53,064 bases of DNA from a virus. Lineage: Duplodnaviria; Caudoviricetes. The notes beneath the pieces were generated by a model, which was not told where the DNA came from, did not search any database, and saw nothing but the letters and a program-made list of their open reading frames with translations. Below are positions 18,187-26,511 of this stretch, in pieces; position 1 is the stretch's first letter, and every line of letters starts with the position of its first letter. A program made the position numbers and the translations under genes. Where the stretch lies: IMG/VR virus record IMGVR_UViG_3300025009_000137, positions 1 to 53,064 of that record; one strand, given 5' to 3'.

Positions 18187-18304
18187 CTACTTAATTGTCT
18201 AATTATTTAGAATATCTTGTCCATGCTTGCTAGGACAAGTTAATTCTGCATATTTCAAAGTATTTTACTACCAGCTCAAAAGGCTGGTTTTTCTATTTTA
18301 GGGA

Positions 18305-18652
18305 TTATTTACTACCCAAGAAGGAAACTAAGCAAGTATCACAGACCCAAATAGATATTTCACTTCCATCTAACTGGCTCCCATACTCTGCTTGTCCTTT
18401 AACAAAATACCACGATTGCTCATGCTGATGGGCAGTAAAATCAATTTCTTTCCCACATTTATAACATTTATCATTGCTGATAAAATCTTGGTTATCTTCA
18501 TATTGGTAATCTATTTCATCAACATCTGGAATATCTTCTAAAGTAATTTCACAATATGAATCTTCTAGAAGATTCAGTTCAAATTCCGAATCTGTCTCCG
18601 GCTGCTGTACTGGCTGCTGTACACCAGGAAATTTAATAATTTTGCTGCTCAT
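18305..18652 (-). CDS. Hypothetical acidic zinc-binding protein
   Basis: CYKC...CDTC. Confidence 0.6.
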   Translation of the reverse strand: MSSKIIKFPGVQQPVQQPETDSEFELNLLEDSYCEITLEDIPDVDEIDYQYEDNQDFISNDKCYKCGKEIDFTAHQHEQSWYFVKGQAEYGSQLDGSEISIWVCDTCLVSFLGSK

Positions 18653-18663
18653 ATAAATCTCCC

Positions 18664-19362
18664 CTATCCTACTGTTAATTGCTTCTTCTGCAATTCTCTT
18701 TTTCCCCTGAAATCCCTTTCAATATCAGAAAAAATAGTCTTATATTTTTTTCTAACCTCTCTTTCAGCTTTTTTGTGTTTGCCGATGCACCCAACAGGTA
18801 TATCGTTGTTTAATATTAACGATTTATCATCAATATTTGGGAATTCTTTTCTACTAGCATAGACTAATTCCCAAGCTAACCCTTCAATTCCAGCAATTGC
18901 ATTTAATTCTTCTAATCGTTGAATTTCTGCTAATGCTAAATTCTTATTACCATGCCATTTGTCTGCATTTTTACTAGCAACATAAGTCCATTCAAGTCCA
19001 GAACCATCCATGTTTTTTACTGATAATCCTAGACTGACACCAAAGCAATTAAAGCTGTCTTTGATGAAATAACCCTTGATTTCTTGCATATTAGGGAAAA
19101 TTCTATTGCAAATGGTTTTCCCTTCAGGAATCTCATTAATATCTACTGAAGCAAGTGAAAAAGTCTTACTAAATCCATACCTATCACTTATAGCCTGAAA
19201 ATTATTGCAAATAGATTCTGCACGTTCAGGATTAGTGTAAAATCTTACCCCTGGAGTTAAGCCTGTAGAGCGTGAATAGTACCACTCATTGTCAATTATA
19301 CCTAAACCCATTAGATTTACAAAATTACCTTGCTCGTCTTTGATTACAAATGCTTTTTCCAT
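18664..19362 (-). CDS. Hypothetical early protein
   Basis: SD AGGAGGAG before MEKAFVIK; first gene after the divergent promoter. Confidence 0.65.
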   Translation of the reverse strand: MEKAFVIKDEQGNFVNLMGLGIIDNEWYYSRSTGLTPGVRFYTNPERAESICNNFQAISDRYGFSKTFSLASVDINEIPEGKTICNRIFPNMQEIKGYFIKDSFNCFGVSLGLSVKNMDGSGLEWTYVASKNADKWHGNKNLALAEIQRLEELNAIAGIEGLAWELVYASRKEFPNIDDKSLILNNDIPVGCIGKHKKAEREVRKKYKTIFSDIERDFRGKRELQKKQLTVG

Positions 19363-19450
19363 AATTCTCCTCCTATTTATTATTGTTATTTTAACTACAC
19401 TTATGATATACTTATGTTTAATCATTAAGTGTATTGCTTACCGTACACTT

Positions 19451-19479
19451 ATTTTATACCATGTATGTATGCTTGTCAA
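19451..19479 (-). promoter_or_regulatory. SigA early promoter divergent from the repressor
   Basis: TTGACA-17-TAAAAT. Confidence 0.7.
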
Positions 19480-19512
19480 TACATTTTAGTAAATTGTGGG
19501 GTGATTTATTAT

Positions 19513-19716
19513 ATGATAAAAATAACTTTGAAAGAATTATTACTTAAAAAAGATATAAATATATCTGAACTATCCAATCTAACAGGCATGTCCAGAAGCA
19601 CATTAACATTGATACGTGACAATAAAACGGAGCGTATGGATTTTGACTCTATTGATAAATTGTGTCGTGCTTTATCTTGTGAACCTGGAGATTTTATTAA
19701 GTATGTAAGAGATTAA
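19513..19716 (+). CDS. Cro/C1-type HTH repressor
   Basis: ISELSNLTGMSRSTLT...IDKLCRALSCEPGD. Confidence 0.85.
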   Translation: MIKITLKELLLKKDINISELSNLTGMSRSTLTLIRDNKTERMDFDSIDKLCRALSCEPGDFIKYVRD

Positions 19717-19832
19717 ATATTAAAGAAGGTTGTAAAATACTCTCAAATACCCCTGCTTGAATTTTAAGCACTAACGTAACGTTAGATGGTCTTAAAAACT
19801 ATTGAAAAAGGATAAGAGAGTATTTTTTAAAA

Positions 19833-20069
19833 CTAACTCTTAGGCCACGTATGCTTACAGTCCTGACATTGCCAAATACTTTTAGCGAAAAAAGCTGCAA
19901 GAAAAGATAAAGCAGAAAGAACTAAAACTACCGGAATTAATAACCACAAAAACGGTATCCAAACGAATATACCGGCAGATAGAAATAATGCTATTGATAG
20001 TAACCATTTGCTAACTGATTGAACAGAAGAAGAACCACATCTGGGACACTTAGACCAATTATCATCCAC
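19833..20069 (-). CDS. Small membrane protein with zinc ribbon
   Basis: CPRC...CQDC flanking a hydrophobic hairpin. Confidence 0.65.
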   Translation of the reverse strand: MDDNWSKCPRCGSSSVQSVSKWLLSIALFLSAGIFVWIPFLWLLIPVVLVLSALSFLAAFFAKSIWQCQDCKHTWPKS

Positions 20070-20162
20070 TATATAACCTCCTCTCAATTTTAACGTCTAA
20101 AAAGGCGTTTTATTGTGTGTGGAGCATATTAACTTTGGCACTCCACACACAATAATCTGCAA

Positions 20163-20429
20163 TTATATCATTCCGTAACACTGTTGGAATTTTCCATTTG
20201 CAATAAATCCCAATCTGTTATTTTGGATAATATATTCAATATTTTTTCCATATACTTCTGTTGCAAGCTGATTAAGCAGATTGATCTGCTTATTGTCAAC
20301 TTCAATATCATTTTGCAAAGATTTAGTGATTTGTGCTTTTAACTCAGTAAAGCAGATATTAACTAATGTATCAGTATTGAATAATGTTAACGCTTGTCTG
20401 ACAGCCAGTGAGGAGTTAATTGTAGGCAT
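20163..20429 (-). CDS. Hypothetical protein downstream of the integrase
   Basis: SD GGAGG; 88 aa. Confidence 0.55.
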   Translation of the reverse strand: MPTINSSLAVRQALTLFNTDTLVNICFTELKAQITKSLQNDIEVDNKQINLLNQLATEVYGKNIEYIIQNNRLGFIANGKFQQCYGMI

Positions 20430-20441
20430 TATATCATCCTC

Positions 20442-21365
20442 CTATAAATCTATTCCATTTAATGGATTATGCTTATCGTTGATAGATTTTAAAGAAGTTC
20501 CCCACAAAGCATAATATTTGTTCAGCATACTTAAATTTGCATGTCCCATCATTCTTTGTAAACTCAGCAAATCACATCCAGATTTTATCATACTTGAACA
20601 GAATGTATGTCTAAAAGTATGAGCCGACAATCTAACATTTTTGAAATTCATATTAGTCTTCAACCGTTTAAATATACATTTAACACCATTTACTGTAAGT
20701 TGTTCATTATTTCTGTTCGTGAATACAAATTCAATATTTTTGTGTTCAAATTGTTGCTGAACAAATACTTTGTATTCACAGATTTCTTTAATCAATTTTG
20801 AAGTTATTGGAATACTTCTTAAACTTCTTTTCTTACCAAAGACTGTCATAGACTGATTCTGAATGTCTATATCATCCCATTTTAGGTTTATTGCCTCACC
20901 TAATCTTATTCCAGTGGATAAAAGTGTTGTGATCAAAAAATAATCACGATAAGCCCAAAAAGTTTGATGTCTAAATTTAAGGCGTTGATAATAACCCAAC
21001 ATCTGCTTAATCTGATCATTAGTGAAGATCTCAATTTTAATATCTGTTTTGAGATAGGAAATTTTTTTAGCAGGATTATTTTTTTCGTTATAAATTCCAA
21101 TTTCCTCCATATAATTAGTAAAGATTTTGAGATTATGAAGTTTATGATTGATGCTAGTAGGATTATTAATCCTATCTTTCTGACAATGAAGCAGATAGGA
21201 TTTAATTGTTGAAGCAGTGATATCTGAGCAATCAACTACTTCTCTCTGAACACAAAAATCATGGAATTCTTGAATTGTTCTGTGATAGCCATCTATTGTT
21301 ACTTTTGACAAATTCTTAAATTCCCTGTCTTCAATGAAATCTTTAATAGCAAATTTTAACAGCAA
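20442..21365 (-). CDS. int: Tyrosine integrase of prophage A
   Basis: TGIRLGE, VFGK, HTFRH, MGH...KYY; adjacent to the tRNA fragment. Confidence 0.9.
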   Translation of the reverse strand: MLLKFAIKDFIEDREFKNLSKVTIDGYHRTIQEFHDFCVQREVVDCSDITASTIKSYLLHCQKDRINNPTSINHKLHNLKIFTNYMEEIGIYNEKNNPAKKISYLKTDIKIEIFTNDQIKQMLGYYQRLKFRHQTFWAYRDYFLITTLLSTGIRLGEAINLKWDDIDIQNQSMTVFGKKRSLRSIPITSKLIKEICEYKVFVQQQFEHKNIEFVFTNRNNEQLTVNGVKCIFKRLKTNMNFKNVRLSAHTFRHTFCSSMIKSGCDLLSLQRMMGHANLSMLNKYYALWGTSLKSINDKHNPLNGIDL

Positions 21366-21512
21366 AAAACCACCTCCCAATTGATATTTTGAATATCAAA
21401 CAGAAAGTGGTTATAAATATCTTTATCAGGTCTAAGTGTGAACACTTGTTATGTGAATCGCCTCAAACCCTTGATATTATTGACTTTAAGTGCTACATTT
21501 GTTCAGTCAAAA

Positions 21513-21560
21513 CGACCTCTTGCGTGTCGAGCAAGCGTTCTACCACTGAACTACCCGCCC
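21513..21560 (-). pseudogene. 5' fragment of tRNA-Val(GAC); att junction
   Basis: GGGCGGG-TA-GTTCAGTGGTAGAAC-G-CTTGC-TCGACAC-GCAAG-AGGTCG, then no T arm or 3' acceptor strand. Confidence 0.75.
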
Positions 21561-21752
21561 CGAAGCTATATACATTATGTAGCACTATTAACCACTTGCT
21601 ATTGATACTCAATACAATAATTATAAAGTAGTCGTTACAAAAAATCAAGTAGTCTGTCAAAATACTATTAAAAATACCTTTTACCATTATATACATGTCA
21701 TTACTGCATACAAAAATGCATATATTTAATCATATAAATAAACGTAAAGGAA

Positions 21753-22028
21753 GTGATAAAAATTCGCTTCAATTTTAACTTAAGTTCAGAGTATGATAAA
21801 TACTTAATTGATTTCATCCAGTCCCACAAGAATCAGAGTAGGATTATTCGTGACCTACTAAGAGCTGGTTACACAGCACTCCAAAACAAAAATACTACAA
21901 ATGATATACCAATAGTTACACCTGAAACTCATACAATTGATACTCCAAAAGATACGCAAAAAACTCCTACATCAACAACAAAAAAATCTCCCAATGAAAA
22001 AATCCAATGGAAGATTCCTAAGAACTGA
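21753..22028 (+). CDS. RHH-like small DNA-binding protein
   Basis: Beta strand then LIDFIQS...SRIIRDLLRAG; low-complexity tail. Confidence 0.5.
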   Translation: MIKIRFNFNLSSEYDKYLIDFIQSHKNQSRIIRDLLRAGYTALQNKNTTNDIPIVTPETHTIDTPKDTQKTPTSTTKKSPNEKIQWKIPKN

Positions 22029-22160
22029 TATTTTAAATTACCATAAATTACAATTAAATATTGGTATATTTCTGCTATGCCCTAGCATATATTTTATTTA
22101 TAAAATAACTTAGGCTTTTTATACCCAACGGCAGGATTAACGGCATCCTGTCTTTTTTAT

Positions 22161-22226
22161 TTAATAAACACCTATAATTCTTGCTACTGTATCTATTAAT
22201 GCTACTCCTGCTAAAATAAATGGCAT
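22161..22226 (-). CDS. 21-aa hydrophobic peptide MPFILAGVALIDTVARIIGVY
   Basis: SD GGAGG-7 nt-ATG; hairpin downstream; SigF-like promoter upstream. Confidence 0.45.
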   Translation of the reverse strand: MPFILAGVALIDTVARIIGVY

Positions 22227-22308
22227 ATTATTTCCTCCATGCTTGATTGTTGTTGATAGTATTTTACCCATACCGATTTAAAATATTCATATAAGAAGGT
22301 GTAAATTA

Positions 22309-22401
22309 ATGGATTTTCTAAATCATGTTTTTAATTATGGTGAATTAGTTTGTGCGATATTGCTTATTTATTTTATATACAAAAGAGTAAAAAACAAGTA
22401 G
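22309..22401 (+). CDS. 30-aa single-TM peptide
   Basis: SD AAGGTG; MDFLNHVFNYGELVCAILLIYFIYKRVKNK. Confidence 0.5.
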   Translation: MDFLNHVFNYGELVCAILLIYFIYKRVKNK

Positions 22402-22412
22402 GAGGATTATAT

Positions 22413-22715
22413 ATGAAGAAAATTATAACTTCTACTGTATTTATTACATCTATGTTAATATTTCCTGTATATGGATTTTGTTACAATAATGAATTATCTA
22501 CAGCTTTTAATTCTGGTATCATGCCTATTCTTATTGATATTGGAAAAATAATATTTTCTTGCTCAGTGGTCTATGGTGCTTTCTATATTATGAGAAAGCA
22601 ATATGTTGTTGGTGTAGATTCTATAAAATGGGCAGCTATCGGTTATATTGCCCTAAGACTCACCCAAGGGTTTACTTCGCTTGTTGATAATATTGCTTCA
22701 AATTTAAAATTTTAA
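22413..22715 (+). CDS. TrbC/VirB2 pilin-like membrane protein
   Basis: Signal-like N-terminus, two hydrophobic helices, IKWAAIGY. Confidence 0.5.
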   Translation: MKKIITSTVFITSMLIFPVYGFCYNNELSTAFNSGIMPILIDIGKIIFSCSVVYGAFYIMRKQYVVGVDSIKWAAIGYIALRLTQGFTSLVDNIASNLKF

Positions 22716-22726
22716 GGTGTGATATT

Positions 22727-22957
22727 ATGACACTTGAAAGTATGTGTGACTATATATCAGGTAAAATATATGATGCTATATTGCCGAAAGCATTTAGTTT
22801 GCCTATAATTTACGATTTATTTAGCTGTGTATGTATTATTGTTATCGTATTTAGTTGTTACTGTGTAATGATGAATAGAAGAAAATATGTTAATTATCTA
22901 TATTTTTCTTGTATGTTCTATAGTATTTTTAGATTTATGAGTGTGATATTTAGATAA
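22727..22957 (+). CDS. Small membrane protein
   Basis: Two hydrophobic segments. Confidence 0.6.
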   Translation: MTLESMCDYISGKIYDAILPKAFSLPIIYDLFSCVCIIVIVFSCYCVMMNRRKYVNYLYFSCMFYSIFRFMSVIFR

Positions 22958-22986
22958 AGTCAATCTTTTTTGAAGAACTCCGCAAT

Positions 22987-25362
22987 GTGCTACACCCTGG
23001 AGGTGATAGTATTTCTTTCAGCCAAACGATTAAATCAATACCTTTTGATTCTTATTTCCATGTATTCGCTGATACGATGCAATTTAATCAAATTATCCCT
23101 GATATTTCAGTTGAAAATGGATTGAAGAATATAAAGTTAATAAATTCTATTTACAGCACAGTATATAAATCATTCTTTGATAGATTTGAATTTAAGGATA
23201 GAAAATTACTATACAATAGGAAGCAAATAGTTTCATATATAATCATGTTTCAAAATGATAAAATTTCTTTTCATATTGGTCTGCCTTCGCTTACAAATGA
23301 ATTTCTTAAGCAAAGATATTTTCAATCATTCCCAAACATAACCATATTGCCTTGTTCTGATTGTCTGAATGTATTAGATTTAAGTAAAACAATGCAGTTT
23401 AATTTTATGCAAAAAGAGGAAAGTTTTAAATCAATTCAAGCTGATATGAGGAGCGAAAACCCTATACCTTCCCTATTAAGTATCTCTAAAGACATAAAAG
23501 AAAGTGATATATTGATATTAGAAATATTGCTTGGTCCCCTAGATTCATATGAGAAGGAAGTTTTAGAAAATAGTAAAAATAAGTATAATAAAAGTGGTAA
23601 TAAATTTCAAAATAAAACTGTAATAGATAAAATTTTTAATGTAATACCTTTTATTTTAGATATGATTTTTGCTGTTCTTGATTGTTTGTTTGAAATGAAA
23701 ACTGAAGATATTGATAAGAAAGTTAAGCCTATATTTTCTAGTTATACGAACCAAAAAATTAACTATGATTTATTCAATGCAATGATTAGAGTATTTGTTC
23801 AATCAGACGATGCAGTAAAACAATTGCAGATAGGGAAAAGTATAGAAGTGTGCTTAAGAGATATTGCAGGAGATAATGAGATTGTTATAGACAAAAAGTT
23901 TCAACCAAAAAATACTCTTAGGAAAATGCCTAAATTTACTAAAAATATTTATTCAGCTAAAGAAATCGCTGTGTTCATGCAGTTACCATCTGGATACTAT
24001 CAGAAAGAATATTCTATCATTGAATCAATTGATACAAAAGAAATTAACCTGCCAAGTGAATTGTTTCAAGATGGAATACCTATAGGAGAAGTTAAATATA
24101 AAGGATTAACTAAAATTGCTTCATGGAATATGAAAGATGTTAATATTGCCACGTTGCCTTTAGCATCCTGTGGAATAATGGGATCAGGCAAAACTGAAGC
24201 AATGATTAATTATTCTATCTCTGCATTTGAAAAAGGCCAAAGTGTTTTTATACTTGATGGAATAAAGAATTGTGAGTTTAGCACAAAGGTAAGAGATTAT
24301 TGTATGAATATTGATGATAAGAAAATTATTGATTTAGATTTTAGTAATACAGATTACATTATACCTTTATTATGGAATGAGATTAAATTAAATGGTAAAT
24401 TATCACAATCAGAGAAATTAAGAATCAGTAATTTTATAACACAACAGTTAATTCTATTTCTTGATTCATTGGTATCAGATAATGTGCAGCAGAAATTAAG
24501 CCCAAGGATGAAAAGATATTTAAATGCCTGTGGCCTACTTGTATTTAGTTTAGATCGTCAAACTACCATAATGGATGTTTTGAATTGCCTTATTGATTAT
24601 GATTTTAGGCATAAATTCATAAAGGAAAGTAAATTATCTAAGGATAGTAAGATAGTGAAGGATTTATTGATGTTAGATAAAAATGGAAAAGAAACAAATT
24701 TTACCGATATTAAAGGTATTGTTGATAGGATTGATTTAATACTTGGTGATTATATATTATCAAATCTTTTTTCATATACATCTAAGACAGAATTAAACTT
24801 TAGATATTTTTCAGATAATGGATATTTAATATTATGTCGTATGCCACAAACTAAACTCAGCGACAATACCATAAATACAATGTCAACATTTCTATTATCT
24901 AAAATATGGCTCTCTGTCTTAGGGAGACAGGGGAATAATATGTCTAATGTAATAATAGATGAAATACATCGTTACCCTTCTGCTAGTGCTGTGCTTGAAT
25001 TTGCTCTTAGAGAATCTAGGAAATATAAAACTAAGTTTGTTTTCTCTGCTCATAAACCAAGTGATTTTAAAGATATTCTCAGTACACTTAAATCAGCAGG
25101 TACAAATTATATGCTCTATAATACTTCAATAGATAATGTAAGATATTTTGAAGAAGAGATTAAACCATTTACCCTTAGAGAAATGCTTGATACAAAAAGA
25201 TTTCATGCAAAATGTATAGTTAATACAGGATCGAACAATAGTCAATACACTGTATTTGATACAAAGGTAATACCACCAATTAATTTTACAAGAAAAGAAA
25301 TAGATAGAAGTTATTTAACTAAAGAATGTCAGTTAAAATATGGAATTAAAAATTATTTATAG
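22987..25362 (+). CDS. FtsK/HerA-superfamily (VirB4/TraD-like) ATPase
   Basis: Walker A GIMGSGKT, Walker B VIIDEIH, ESRKY; true start may be the ATT after GGAGGTG. Confidence 0.75.
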   Translation: MLHPGGDSISFSQTIKSIPFDSYFHVFADTMQFNQIIPDISVENGLKNIKLINSIYSTVYKSFFDRFEFKDRKLLYNRKQIVSYIIMFQNDKISFHIGLPSLTNEFLKQRYFQSFPNITILPCSDCLNVLDLSKTMQFNFMQKEESFKSIQADMRSENPIPSLLSISKDIKESDILILEILLGPLDSYEKEVLENSKNKYNKSGNKFQNKTVIDKIFNVIPFILDMIFAVLDCLFEMKTEDIDKKVKPIFSSYTNQKINYDLFNAMIRVFVQSDDAVKQLQIGKSIEVCLRDIAGDNEIVIDKKFQPKNTLRKMPKFTKNIYSAKEIAVFMQLPSGYYQKEYSIIESIDTKEINLPSELFQDGIPIGEVKYKGLTKIASWNMKDVNIATLPLASCGIMGSGKTEAMINYSISAFEKGQSVFILDGIKNCEFSTKVRDYCMNIDDKKIIDLDFSNTDYIIPLLWNEIKLNGKLSQSEKLRISNFITQQLILFLDSLVSDNVQQKLSPRMKRYLNACGLLVFSLDRQTTIMDVLNCLIDYDFRHKFIKESKLSKDSKIVKDLLMLDKNGKETNFTDIKGIVDRIDLILGDYILSNLFSYTSKTELNFRYFSDNGYLILCRMPQTKLSDNTINTMSTFLLSKIWLSVLGRQGNNMSNVIIDEIHRYPSASAVLEFALRESRKYKTKFVFSAHKPSDFKDILSTLKSAGTNYMLYNTSIDNVRYFEEEIKPFTLREMLDTKRFHAKCIVNTGSNNSQYTVFDTKVIPPINFTRKEIDRSYLTKECQLKYGIKNYL

Positions 25363-25403
25363 AACTATTTTTATGGGGTATAAGTTATACCCCATATTTT
25401 TTA

Positions 25404-25994
25404 TTATTTTCTTTCTAAACCCAAAACAACACTAACAATATAAGCATACTCATTAGCTAACTTATGAATAAAATTTTCATCTAAAAGTAAATTTAATTCT
25501 GTTTCATTTGATATAAATAAATCCTCGAAAAGTATAGCTGGCATATATGTTTCTCTTACTTCTGCGAAATTAGCATATTTTTTACCTCTGTCTGTGATAT
25601 TATATTGCTTTAAAAATTGCATAATATGTTGATGAATTTGATTTCTATAGGAATCGGAAATTTTTCCTTTTGCGTTTGGATGTACAAATGATTCATAACC
25701 ATGTGCCTTTTTATCTGTGGCTGAATTTGTGTGAAATGATAAGTATAAATCAATAGGTTTAATTTTGTGAAGTCTATTTGCTATTTCTATTGTTTGATAT
25801 AAATCTTGTTTAAAATCTACATTAGGATTAGTCATAGAAGGTTGAATATTTATTATTTCGCATATGAAATTTTTTTCCATTATATTTTTAAATTCCATAG
25901 TTAAATCCCAATTTAAATATTTCTCATATATTTTACCATTAATTGCTCCAATATCTCTGCCACCATGACCGCTTGCTGTAACGATTCTTTTCAT
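25404..25994 (-). CDS. Endolysin, N-acetylmuramoyl-L-alanine amidase (Amidase_3)
   Basis: GHGGRD, EK, SFHTNS, PAILFE. Confidence 0.9.
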   Translation of the reverse strand: MKRIVTASGHGGRDIGAINGKIYEKYLNWDLTMEFKNIMEKNFICEIINIQPSMTNPNVDFKQDLYQTIEIANRLHKIKPIDLYLSFHTNSATDKKAHGYESFVHPNAKGKISDSYRNQIHQHIMQFLKQYNITDRGKKYANFAEVRETYMPAILFEDLFISNETELNLLLDENFIHKLANEYAYIVSVVLGLERK

Positions 25995-25995
25995 A

Positions 25996-26196
25996 TTATT
26001 CACCTTCTGATTTATTAAATTTACTAGAAATAGCTGAAACACCACCAGTAAGTCCTAAACCAACGCCGAAATATGAAATCATATCCTTAATGTTTTCAAT
26101 AGGACTACCTATAAAACAACTAGCAATATAAGAGATTAAGCACACTCCCATACAGCCAGCTAAAAAATAATCCATCTTTGTAAATTCTTTTTTCAT
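25996..26196 (-). CDS. Putative holin
   Basis: Two TM segments, directly upstream of the endolysin. Confidence 0.6.
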   Translation of the reverse strand: MKKEFTKMDYFLAGCMGVCLISYIASCFIGSPIENIKDMISYFGVGLGLTGGVSAISSKFNKSEGE

Positions 26197-26205
26197 TTAA
26201 TCACC

Positions 26206-26400
26206 TTATCCTATCTTAATCAAATTAACCATAATATTTATTGCTGCACCGACAGCAGAAGCCATAATCCAAAATTGCAATTTATCTACTTTCTGATCAA
26301 CCCTAAAAATAGTACCATTTAACTGTGTGTCACGTTCTTTCAAGTATTTCACCTCTGCTTTTAAAGTTGATAACTGACTAATAATATCTTCTTGTTCCAA
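26206..26400 (-). CDS. XhlA-like lysis membrane protein
   Basis: Coiled coil plus C-terminal TM helix; lysis-module position. Confidence 0.6.
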   Translation of the reverse strand: MEQEDIISQLSTLKAEVKYLKERDTQLNGTIFRVDQKVDKLQFWIMASAVGAAINIMVNLIKIG

Positions 26401-26447
26401 TACTACCTCACCCCTTTGGTATCCAAATAAAAAACCTCCAAGTGGAG

Positions 26448-26511
26448 GTATACATTTAACCATTGATTTTATTGACGTATACTTAGGTATACATGTATAC
26501 TTTTTGTATAC
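26448..26511. repeat. Array of five GTATAC palindromes (spacing 29/10/8/11)
   Basis: Copies start at 26448, 26477, 26487, 26495, 26506. Confidence 0.8.

Larger units (their letters stand above)
1..21512 (-). mobile_element. Prophage A (partial; tail and lysis genes expected left of the window)
   Basis: Integrase, repressor, RNAP, helicase, terS/terL, portal, scaffold and capsid in phage order; position 1 is homologous to position 37336 of prophage B. Confidence 0.9.

Noticed and set aside
21513-21560. Intact tRNA-Val gene
   Set aside because: No T arm (GTTC) or 3' acceptor strand follows GGTCG.
22413-25362. Complete conjugative element (ICE)
   Set aside because: No relaxase, second ATPase, VirB6-like or hydrolase genes; the cluster sits inside the prophage end.
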